Below, in pieces: positions 27,338 to 37,390 of a DNA stretch of 64,000 nucleotides. The notes beneath the pieces are model-generated. The model did no database searches and was not told the DNA's origin. It saw nothing but the letters and a program-made list of their open reading frames with translations. The DNA comes from Octopus bimaculoides. Its lineage: Eukaryota. A program made the position numbers and the translations under genes. How positions within the stretch are numbered: the first letter of the stretch is position 1; every line of letters begins with the position of its first letter. Location of the stretch: NCBI RefSeq assembly GCF_001194135.2, contig NC_068989.1, positions 14,558,062 through 14,622,061 of the forward strand, written 5' to 3'.

Positions 27338-27694
27338 TGAAGGCATATAAAACACACACACACATACCAAAAAATACCTCAGAAATCCACCCCAGGCCCT
27401 TTATGTGAAGTGGGGCCTATATTTGATGCTTTAACCTTTTCAGTGCCAATCTACCGAAGACTGGCTTGGATTTTATAATACAAACTTCCTCCTTTTACTC
27501 TTTAGCATTCAGATTATTCTATCAAATGCAATCCTTATTCATTTACATTGCTTTAAATTAATCAGGTATTATCTCATGGTCTCGGGGTATCAATGATGTT
27601 ATTGTCTACTTTTAGAATGACCTGGTAGGGTAGGTGTGACAGGACTGGATCTGGCTGGTTTGAACAGATGTGGCTGGTTAAAATGATCTAAATT

Positions 27695-27870
27695 TAAACC
27701 TTCCATCAAAATTCCATTGATGTAGTGGTATGTGACCCTTGAAAAGAGGCCAAATATCCCTGAAAGCTTCATCCGAATCCATCCAGCAGTTCTTGAGATA
27801 TCTTGTCCATGGACAAACAAACAAACACGACTGAAAACAATACCTCTGCCTTCGCTAAGGCGGAGGTAAT
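27695..27870 (-). mobile_element. Helentron/DINE-like non-autonomous element fragment
   Basis: Terminal hairpin TACCTCTGCCTT-CGCT-AAGGCGGAGGTA (27841-27868) followed on the minus strand by TGTTTTC, (GTTT)n and GATATCTCAAGAAC..GATGGATT..GATGAAGCTT. Classification from architecture only. Confidence 0.45.
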
Positions 27871-28130
27871 AATAATATATGTGCACGTACACAATGGGCT
27901 TCTTTCAGTTTCCGTCTACTAAATCCACTCACAAAGCTTATGTGGCCTTTTCCATTACCTCTTGCTTTGATGCTGCTTTGGGTTAATTCTTCTCAGGACC
28001 CCAGCTATTGGATGAAAATTTATCTTGGCATCTATCTCGATTAACTAAGTAATACATTTAACAAATGTTTACATTAACTTAGTCACTAGAACTACAATTT
28101 GAACAACTACTTTGAAATTTTTACCTCTTG

Positions 28131-28524
28131 ACTCTTTTACTCTTTTACTTGTTTCAGTCTTTTTGACTGTGGCCATGCTGGAGCACCACCTTTAGTCGAG
28201 CAAATCGACCCCAGGACTTATTCTTTAGAAGCCTAGTATTTATTCTATCGGTCTCTTTTGCCGAACCGCTAAGTTACGGGGACATAAACACACCAGCATC
28301 GGTTGTCAAGCGATGTTGCGGGGACAAACACATACATATATATATATATATACATATATACGACGGGCTTCTTTCAGTTTCCGTCTACCAAATCCACTCA
28401 CAAGGCTTTGGTCGGCCCGAGGCTATAGTAGAAGACACTTGCCCAAGATGCCACGCAGTGGGACTGAACCCGGGACCATGTGGTTGGTAAGCAAGCTACT
28501 TACCACACAGCCACTCCTACGCCT
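28131..28524 (-). mobile_element. SINE family A
   Basis: Near-complete reverse copy. Confidence 0.85.
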
Positions 28525-29273
28525 ATGACCTTAACATTTACCCTTTTAAGAAGATATATTTCTGATATTTTGCCTTTCTTCAAAATAAAATTTCTTTAAT
28601 ATTAATATGTAAACAGCAGAATAATTTGATGAACGCAATTTATCAGATAAGAATAACCATTAGAAAATATATGTATTTTGTGTCCAATAATAATTCTGCC
28701 AATTTCTACTCAAATGTGAATCTATTAGAAATAGAATATCCTCTCTTTCCCATCTGCCAGATAAAAATAGATTTATATGAGTTTCCATATATGGTGAAAT
28801 ACTTTACTGTTATTTAGGCTCTAGGTCACTTTATTGATTTTTAAATAATCCTTTTTTTTTTTTGTTTCATTTCTAATTTTTTGATCTAGCGGTATCTTGT
28901 ACCTGTTATAGCTCTTTTGTTGTTTGCAATATGACCTATGTATGTATGTAAGTATGTATATAATAAAAGTGCTTGATGTAGTGATATGTGACCCCTTGAA
29001 AAGAATCTGGTAGTATATTGAAGCAATTCATGTACTAAAAGGTCAGTATCATGAACACACGGTCATAAGTCCTTCCTTTTTATGTATATTTAGTTTGATT
29101 TTATGTGTTATACTAGAATCATCACAAGATAGATTATGCCTGTACATCATAAACCAGTTTTGTCACATGCTGCATCACCAGATTTCTGCCCAGAGAAATG
29201 AGATAGGAGTATTCAACACATATTGTAGAAGATTGTGGGGTTATTGAAACTAAAACTGGGAGTTTCTCTAGCA

Positions 29274-29605
29274 CAGGGGTTCTCTACCATTTTTTTAATC
29301 TATGGTCCCCTTTGATTACTATTTTATTCTGGTAGACCCCCATAACCATTCGATACTTAAAAACTAGTTTTATAGAAACTTCTTTCAGAATTCCTATTTT
29401 GTTTTTTCCCACATTAACATGTGTAGGTAGAACTGTGAAATGTTAGAGAAAGAAACCAAGCTATTTCTAACAATACACAACCAATACATACATCTGAAGC
29501 AAACATTTTTCAGGGGCCCTTAAAATACTATTGTGGGTCCCCAATTAACTATTTTGTTGTGTGGACTCCCGAAAATCTTGTACTGACCCCAGTTGAGAAC
29601 CACTG
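29274..29605 (-). mobile_element. hAT-like MITE, same family as 24168-24389, opposite orientation
   Basis: TIRs CAGGGGTTCTCTAC / GTTGAGAACCACTG; decayed 8-bp TSD CTCTAGCA / ATCCAGCA; internal similarity to the first copy. Confidence 0.75.
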
Positions 29606-29611
29606 ATCCAG

Positions 29612-29837
29612 CAGCTCAAGTTTCATGATATTGTGATCTTCAGACAAGGTCTGTTACATCTCAGTATTGGTAGTGTATTTATACTCTTTGGTCTAGTGTT
29701 TGTCCAATCAGTAAACATGAAAAGCCAATTAAGGAATAGACACAATTACTAGGGCAAGGGATATAAATGCACCACCAATACCAAGTTGTAACAGTTCTTG
29801 CCTGAAGATTGCTGTGTCATGAAACTCAAGCCTCAAG
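29612..29837. mobile_element. Fold-back element with about 100-bp inverted arms, each carrying a degenerate hammerhead-like core
   Basis: 29645-29683 is the reverse complement of 29762-29800 (about 32/39 identical). CTGAAGA...GAAAC at 29802-29825 (+) and 29643-29620 (-). Confidence 0.6.
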
Positions 29838-29870
29838 ATAACTACTTAGTTTGTTTCGAAAAAGAATATA

Positions 29871-29918
<48 letters not shown>

Positions 29919-30699
29919 AATGCACACTCTCCATATTATAAAAATAATTTTCAATGCTAAGTATTCCGGTTTTATTCACTGAACCACATACACATTGTAT
30001 TGTAGTGTAAGTGGCTGAGTATTCCACACACACTTGTAACTTCAACATAATCCTCATGCAGAATCAGGTGACGTACCACATGGCAAACTTGGTCCTTGAT
30101 TTACCAGCATCATCTATCCAACATGCTCCAAAACTGTTTCCATCTCAGGTCAACACGAAGTTATTGTAAAAGACACTTGTGACATGAAATACCACTTGGT
30201 GAGATTGAACCTACTCTCTCATGTTGATAAACAAGCTTCTTAACTACTTACCCCTGCCTATGTCCATACACACACTATATTGGTATTCTTTATAGTATTC
30301 TATTGGTAAAGCCATCATTAATCTTTCATTATGTTCTCTTTGTGAGGGTGCTTGGCACAGTAATTAGAGCCCTGGACTGGGCTGTGTGTTGTCTTCTTGA
30401 GCAAGACACTCTATTTTATGTTTGCTCCAGTTCACTCAGCTGTAGGAATGAGTTGCTACATCACCGGTGCTATGCTGTATCAGCCTTTGCCTTTCCCTTG
30501 GACAACATTGGTGGCGTGAAGAGAGAAGGCTGATATGTATGGGCAGCTACTGGTCTTCTACAAACAACCTTGCCAGGACTTGTACCTCGGAGGGAAACTT
30601 TCTTGGTGCAATCCCATTGCCATTGATGACAAAAGGGGGTCTTTATATTCTCTTGGTAATGTCTCGTACCCCTCCAAACATAAATACATACATGGATAG

Positions 30700-31090
30700 G
30701 TACAGACATAGTCATGTAGTTAAGAAATGTGCTTCCCAACCACATGGTTTCAAGTTCAGTCCCACTGTATGGCACTTTGGGCATGTATCTTCTGCTATAG
30801 CCCCAGTTCAACCAAAGCCTTTCAAGTGGATTTGGTAGGCAGAAACAGAAAGAAGCCTGTTTTGTCTGTGTGTCCTTGCCAAGATATCATGAGTTGGTTG
30901 TAAATGAGCATCACCATCTTAGAAGCACTATCTCTTATTTTCAATTATCTATGAAAACATGTCTGGCCATGGAGAAATATTACCTCACTTAAGAACAAAT
31001 GAGGGTTGGGAACAGGAAGAGCGCCCAACCACAGAAAATCTGACTCGTTGAATTCCATCCAAGTCATGCGCACTTGGGAAAGTAGATGTT
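30700..31090 (+). mobile_element. SINE family A variant with alternative tail
   Basis: Same architecture as 15290-15685; ends about 110 nt upstream of exon A. Confidence 0.65.
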
Positions 31091-31200
31091 AAAATGGTAA
31101 GGGTAATGTTGATGAGGATGTAATGATGATATGTATATATATGTATTCTTATTGTCCTCCAATTCTAATCATCTTTGTTTTTTTTTTTTTGTTGTTGCAG

Positions 31201-31357
31201 GGTCTTCTGTTCACTTCAGAAAGTTCCATTTCACTGTTGAGCCAAGTGATGTGGTCACCAATCGAGGTGAAGATGTACAGTTACACTGTAATGCCCAGCA
31301 CGGATATAATAAAACAAATATCTTTTGGAAAAAAGACAACGAACTCTTAAATACGAG
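31201..31357 (+). CDS. NEO1: Neogenin/DCC/frazzled coding exon A (Ig1 N-terminal half)
   Basis: Poly-T tract then TGCAG acceptor (AG 31199-31200), donor AG|GTATGC. Phase 1 to 2. Encodes (G)SSVHFRKFHFTVEPSDVVTNRGEDVQLHCNAQHGYNKTNIFWKKDNELLNT, resembling neogenin/DCC Ig1 (F.F..EP.D....RG..V.L.C...WKKD). Confidence 0.93.
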
Positions 31358-31785
31358 GTATGCAAAATAAATGGACTTTCCCTTTTTTTTTCTTCCCATA
31401 ATTCCCCCTTACCATTTTCTGTTTTTTTCCCAACATTTTTTCCTTATTTTTCATTTATTTTAGTCTTTAAATTTTGGGTTGTAATACAAGAACATTACAA
31501 ATACTAAACTTTTGGAGTTAACAAAGCAGTATGTGATCTCTGAGCTATTAAAACCTTTATTGCCATTATCAGCATTTTATGTCCATGTCTCTGGCTTCAT
31601 GTAATTTGCCCTTCGCTTGGATAAAGTAGCCCTTTGTTGCCAACAGAGATTACATAGTTAGCTAAATTTTCGTCTTCACCCAGACTCCAGCTACTTAAAC
31701 GTTTGCAGCACCCACCTGAACTGCAGTAAAAGTTATAAAAACCCTCAACATTTTTGTGCATCCATAGATTACATTTTTAGATTGA

Positions 31786-31860
31786 TTACCAGCGTCGCCT
31801 GATCGTTACCAGCATCGTCTGATCGTTACCAGCATCGTCTGATCGTTACCAGCGTCGCCT
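31786..31860 (+). repeat. 20-bp tandem repeat, 3.75 copies
   Basis: TTACCAGC(G/A)TCG(C/T)CTGATCG; the unit matches a family B internal segment (compare 33659-33685). Confidence 0.9.
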
Positions 31861-31962
31861 TACTAGCACTTGTGCCGGTGGCACGTTAGAGAATCATTCG
31901 AGCAAGGTCGTTGCAGGTGGATGGGAAGGTGTCTCACCGGGATGAGACGCCTGCCCATCCAC

Positions 31963-32103
31963 GGGGGTACTTATTTTTGTCAGCTGAATGGACTGGAGCA
32001 ACATGAAATGAAGTGATTTGCTCAAGAACACAATGCATCGCCCAATCTAGAATTGAAACCACAATCTTACAATCAGGAGTCCAACAGCCTAACCACTAAG
32101 CCA
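31963..32103 (-). mobile_element. SINE family D-type head
   Basis: Similar to 12630-12791. A diverged forward relative lies at about 30340-30630. Confidence 0.7.
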
Positions 32104-32362
32104 CCCTAGAGTTGGGGATAAAGGTGAATGCAAGCGAGTGGAAAGTTACCTATTTTATGGTCTGGGGAAAAAAAGGACCCAAATACCTTAGCATGTTACT
32201 AGACCATAACGTACCATTCAGGAAACATTTAAACACAATACACATGAATGTTGAATACTATTCTCTCCCACACAATATAATCGCTTTCTTCACATTCCAA
32301 GAAACTGGTTTTTCATTAAGGTCTTATGTTACCCCCTGCTTTTTTTTAAATCTGTTATGCAG

Positions 32363-32508
32363 ACAGCAACTGAAAAATGGCTCCTTGTATATACAAAACG
32401 TCCAACACAGCAAGTCCAATGTTGGTGATGTTGGTGAATACCAATGTTTTGCTGAAGTGCCTAGCATTGGAACGATTATCAGCAAACCGGCTCATGTACA
32501 AATTGCGC
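32363..32508 (+). CDS. NEO1: Neogenin/DCC exon B (Ig1 C-terminal half)
   Basis: TGCAG acceptor, donor C|GTAAGT. Phase 2 to 1, in frame with exon A. Encodes RQQLKNGSLYIQNVQHSKSNVGDVGEYQCFAEVPSIGTIISKPAHVQIA; the QQL.NGSL, HSK and GTIIS motifs are typical of DCC/neogenin Ig1. Confidence 0.95.
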
Positions 32509-32697
32509 GTAAGTGTTCACTCCATGTTTCTTTTCTTTAGGGTCTTTTTGTTTTTTTAAACTGTTGGTTCTTTTTTACTTTAGTCCTATGCTACATTGTG
32601 GCCTTGCTTAGATACCACTTTCAAGGCTTTTGCTCAAATCATATCTACCCTGATAATTGTTTCAGTCAGGTATTTGCTGCATTAATTTCTTTGAGCC

Positions 32698-32832
32698 TCA
32701 TGGAAGCAATGACAAATGATTGCTTCACGGAGGAAATGACAAACGACCGCCTCATTGAATCAATGACAAACAACTGCTTCACGAAGGCAATGCCAAATGA
32801 CCACCTCATGGAGGCAGTGACAAATGACAGAC
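32698..32832 (+). repeat. 27-bp tandem repeat, 5 copies, with alternating 54-bp higher-order structure
   Basis: TCATGGAAGCAATGACAAATGATTGCT / TCACGGAGGAAATGACAAACGACCGCC / TCATTGAATCAATGACAAACAACTGCT / TCACGAAGGCAATGCCAAATGACCACC / TCATGGAGGCAGTGACAAATGACAGAC. Confidence 0.9.
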
Positions 32833-33050
32833 CTTTGGTGATATACTGTACTTGAGAAGACCTGTCAAGCCAAGTGAGATGATAGTTGTGGCATATACTG
32901 GTGTCACACAAACGGAACATAAGAATCACCCACTACATTAATGGTTGACATCAGGAAAGGCATCCAGTCATAGAAACCATACTAAATCATAACCAGAGTC
33001 TGGTGCAGCCCCTCGGCTTTCCAGCCCTGGACAACAGACATTAAATGGTG
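32806..33050 (+). mobile_element. RTE-like LINE 3' end (ORF2 C-terminal codons and degraded UTR)
   Basis: LMEAVTNDR then, after a frameshift, LW*YTVLEKTCQAK*, resembling the DR..WR end of RTE ORF2. Followed by the family B tail. Confidence 0.6.
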
Positions 33051-33449
33051 ACAATGAATGCTTACCTTTGACATAAATGTATTACTATCATCTAGGGCCT
33101 GCCTACTATTTCACCATTTTTATTATTTCATACTTTGTGTTCTCCCAAATGAAAGCAACATACAACACTTGACAGACAATATAAGAGCACACCTTTTGGT
33201 GCAGGTCTGATGAAGTGCTACTCTAATGTTTAAAACCACAAATATTACATAACTTTTCACATAGAAACTTTTGCATTCAGGACCACTAAAAACAGAGTGG
33301 CATCGAAACAATTATAACTGGTCGTTAACCATTTAGTATTCATATTACTCTGTCAAATGTAATGCATATTTATTCCCATCATTCTATATTAATCAGGAAT
33401 TATCTCTTAGCCTTGATATTTCAATGATAAATCAAACCAAATTAGACAA

Positions 33450-33993
33450 CTCCCATGCCAACCTTCCCTTCATGGGACACTAAACTCTGCTTGCGAAGAC
33501 CTGTTGGGGCAAGTGAAACCGAAATCGTAATTGAACCAAATTCGATGACTGGCACCCATGCCAGTGAAGCACTAACAGCACCATCCAAGCATGATCATTG
33601 CCAGAGCAGCTGTCTGGCTTCTGTACCAGTGGCACATAAATAGCACCATTCGAGCATGATCGTTACCCGCGTCACCTTACTGGCACGTGAAAAAAACATT
33701 CGAGCAAGGTCATTGCCAGTGCCACTGGACTGGCTCCTATGCAGGTGGCACATAAAAAAACACCATTTGAGCGTGGCCTTTGCCAGTACCAGCTGACTGG
33801 CCCTAGTGCCAGTGGCATGTAAAAGCACCCACTATACTTTTGGAATTGTTGGCATTAGGAAGAGCACCAAGCTGTAGAAACTCTGCCAGATCAGATTGGA
33901 GCCTGGTGCAGCCATCTGGTTCGCCAGTCCTCAGTCAAATCGTCCAACCCATGCCAGCATGGAAAGCAGGCGTTAAACAATGATTATGATGAT
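33450..33993 (+). mobile_element. Long family B repeat inserted in a TTAA MITE
   Basis: Internal GCCAGT.../GGCAC.TAAAA repeats and (GAT)n end; MITE halves on both sides. Confidence 0.8.
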
Positions 33994-34372
33994 GGTTTGT
34001 TTTTAGAGTGACATTGTAGGGAAGGTGAAAGAAGCTGGATCTGGCTAGTTTGAACATAAAACATGTAAAATATATGAGCCAGATTTGGCTGGTTTAAATA
34101 CTAATTGTTTAAGGATGTGCTAAACTTCTCCTTTGTTTTCTTATTTGGAATATATTAATATCTGGTAAGCCAGAGAGCTGCATCAGGTTCTAATCTGATT
34201 TGGCATTATTTCTAGGGCATCCAGCCATAGAAACCAAGTCAAATCAGACAGGAACCTGGTGCAGCTCTCCGACCTACCAGTTCCAGTTAAACCGTCTAAC
34301 CCATGCTAGCATGGAAAATGGACGTTAAATGATGATGATGACAATATATGTATTTTTTTTTTCCCCCCCCAG

Positions 34373-34657
34373 ATATGGCCAAGATGTTCTCAATCACACC
34401 CGAGACGCTCGAGGTTTACCTGGGTGACATAGCCATGTTCCAATGCTCCATTGACGGTATTCCTCAACCAAAATACTCCTGGTACAAGAACAATGTCCTA
34501 TTGAAACGGTCCAATCACATAAAAATGTATACAGATGGATTTCTAGAAATTACAAATGTGCGAGCAATAGATCTTGGAAAATATTATTGTGAGGCCAGAA
34601 ACATGAATACAAGTCGTCGTAGTAGACCAGCTGTTTTGCAAGAAAACACGGATTTAG
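34373..34657 (+). CDS. NEO1: Neogenin/DCC exon C (Ig2)
   Basis: T/C tract then CAG, donor AG|GTAAGA. 285 nt, phase 1 to 1. Encodes HMAKMFSITPETLEVYLGDIAMFQCSIDGIPQPKYSWYKNN...DLGKYYCEARN...QENTDL, a complete I-set Ig domain. Confidence 0.95.
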
Positions 34658-34748
34658 GTAAGATTTGGTTTTTCCCATTTTTGTCCCCCTCCTTTGATTA
34701 ATTTCTTTGTAGTTTCTGTGCAGGTTTTGCTGTGCGCTGAGGAATTTC

Positions 34749-35072
34749 GCCAGCGTCACCTTACTGGAACGTGAAAAAACATTTGAGCAAGATCATTGCC
34801 AATGCCACTGGACTGGCTCCTGTGCAGGTGGCACATAAAAAACACCACTTGAGCGTGGCCGTTGCCAGTACTGCTAGACTGGCCCTCGTGCCAGTGGCAC
34901 GTAAAAGCACCCACTACACTCTCGGAGTGGTTGGCATTAGGAAGGGCATTCAGCTGTAGAAAGTCTGCCAGATCAGATTGGAGCCTGGTGCAGCCATCTG
35001 GTTCGCCAGTCCTCAGTCAAATCGTCCAACCCATGCTAGCATGGAAAGTGGACATTAAACGATGATGATGAT
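34749..35072 (+). mobile_element. Family B repeat
   Basis: High similarity to 33665-33993. Confidence 0.85.
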
Positions 35073-35327
35073 GGTTTCAGGTTCTGTCCTACTTCGTGGC
35101 ATCTTAGCAATTGTCTTGTGCTCTAGTCATGGTCTGACCACTGCCTTTGGAACTAAATTATTTTCTAACCTTCAAATTGGTTGGGGAAAGATAGATCTTC
35201 CTTGAAGGTGACATCCACCACCTAAAATGAGTGAGGGTTATAATTACATGTTCATGTCTAGAGTGAGTGAAATGTGATGTTTTCTTAAACAGGCCATACC
35301 CAGCCTCTCTTGCATTTGACAGAATAA

Positions 35328-35590
35328 TCATCATCATCGTTTAGCATCCGCTTTCCGTGCTGGGATGGGTTGGACGGTTTGATACGGAGCTGGCTAGCAG
35401 GAAGCTGTCCAGACTCCAACTGTCTGTTGTGGCATGGTTTCTATGACTGGATGCCCTTCCTCATGCCAACCACTTAACAGTGTGCTGGGTGCTTTTTAAT
35501 GTGCCACTGGCCCAGGTATGTTCATGCAACACCCGCATGGGCGTGTTAATACAGCACTGGCATGGGTGCTTTTTGTGTGGCACCAGTACC
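35328..35590 (-). mobile_element. Family B repeat (diverged)
   Basis: Reverse copy about 260 nt from the forward copy. Confidence 0.7.
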
Positions 35591-36044
35591 TGAAAAGACA
35601 AGCCTGTATATGTGTAAGACAGTGATTTTACTTAGTTTGACACACCTTATCAAGTATAGCAAATCACCACATCTCCTGGTCCCTTATCATTTCGTCAGTA
35701 ACACCCAGCATTTGAAGATCTGTTCTCACCACATCATCCTATGAATGGTAAAGGGTTAATAGTTTTAACATTGATAAGTGGTATTTAACCCCTGTGGTAC
35801 CTGTCTAAAAGCCATGATTGTATAACTCTTAACAAAACTCAGATGCAATTTACGATGGAACACTACTCCTACAATTATAACAGTGCTAGTGATAAATACT
35901 ACCTCCAAAGAACCGGTCACTCAACTTGTCGACATGAAGTCTCACAAAAGCCCCTCCTATCTCATTTCCCTACCTTTGCTATCTCTACTGCAATGATCTC
36001 TACTCTTCAGGGCTGGTTGGTGTTACACCTTCTCAACATTATTA

Positions 36045-36441
36045 TAGGTGCAGGAGTGGCTGTGTGGTAAGTAGCTTGCTTACTAACCACATGGTTCCGG
36101 GTTCAATCCCACTGCATGGCACCTTGGGCAAGTGTCTTCTACTATAGCCTCGGGCTGACCAAAGCCTTGTGAATGGATTTAGTAGACGGAAACTGAAAGA
36201 AGCCCGTCATATATATATATATATATATACACATATGTATGTGTGTCTGTGTTTGTCCCCCCAACATCGCTTGACAACCAATGTTGGTGTGTTTACGTCC
36301 CTCGTAACTTAGCGGTTCGGCATAAGAGACCAATAGAATAAGTACTAGGCTTACAAAGAATAAGTCCTGGGGGCGATTTGCTCGATTAAAGGTGGTGCTC
36401 CAGCATGGCCGCAGTCAACTGACTGAAACAAGTAAAAGAGT
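36045..36441 (+). mobile_element. SINE family A
   Basis: Complete forward copy ending about 100 nt upstream of exon D. Confidence 0.85.
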
Positions 36442-36540
36442 ATTATTAATTTATTGAATGTCGTTAAGAAGCAAGGATTAGACAACTCATCTTAAATATT
36501 TAATGTTATGTTGTTTATTTATTTTTTTTTTCATTTGCAG

Positions 36541-36703
36541 AAAGCATCCGTAAAGGCGTGGCACCTTCGTTTGTAATGAAGCCACAAGATGCTGAAGTGA
36601 TCCGAGGTTCATTATTGGTGTTACACTGTGGAGCAAATGGTATTGATAGAAATGATGGAAGTCCAAAGATCACATGGCTTAAAGGAGGTGTTGAATTAGA
36701 CAA
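36541..36703 (+). CDS. NEO1: Neogenin/DCC exon D (Ig3 N-terminal half)
   Basis: TTTGCAG acceptor, donor AA|GTAAGT. Phase 1 to 2. Encodes ESIRKGVAPSFVMKPQDAEVIRGSLLVLHCGANGIDRNDGSPKITWLKGGVELD. Absent from the ORF track; found by reading. Confidence 0.93.
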
Positions 36704-37016
36704 GTAAGTTTCACATGAGAAATATATATGTATGTATGTATGTATGTTCATCAGATTGTTTTGATACTATGGAATAATGAAATTTTATAAATTATATGTA
36801 TATTTTGCAGATACCAGTTCAATGAATAAATAGTTAAATCTGATTGGGTAACTAACTTTGAAAAAGATGACGGTGTATAAATGGCTGTTGGTGGAGGTTG
36901 ACTGTAACAGAAGAATAAATATAAACAATAGCTGAATTGAAAAATTTCATGTAAAATTAAATACAGAATATAACAGACGATGTCAAGAAAGAAAACTTGC
37001 AAATGATTAAAAGAAA

Positions 37017-37390
37017 TCATCATCATTTAACGTCCGCTTTCCATGCTAGCATGGGTTGGACGATTTGACTGAGGGCTGGTGAACCGGATGGCTGCACCAG
37101 GCTCCAATCTGATCTGGCAGAGTTTCTATAGCTGGATGCCTTTCCTAACGCCAACCACTCTAAGAGTGTAGTGGGTACTTTTACGTGCCACCGGCACGAG
37201 GGCCAGTCACGCGGTACTGGCAACGGCCACGCTCAACATGGTGTTTTTTACGTACCACCTGCACAGGAGCCAGCCCAGCGGCACTGGCAACGACCTCGCT
37301 CGAATGATTTTCTAACGTGCCAGTACAGCGATGCTGGTAACGACCACGCTCAAATGGTGTTATTTACGTGCCACTAGCATGGAAGCCAGA
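37017..37390 (-). mobile_element. Family B repeat
   Basis: Reverse copy about 310 nt downstream of exon D. Confidence 0.85.

Noticed and set aside
31786-32832. CRISPR-like arrays
   Set aside because: The units are contiguous with no unique spacers, in a eukaryotic intron.
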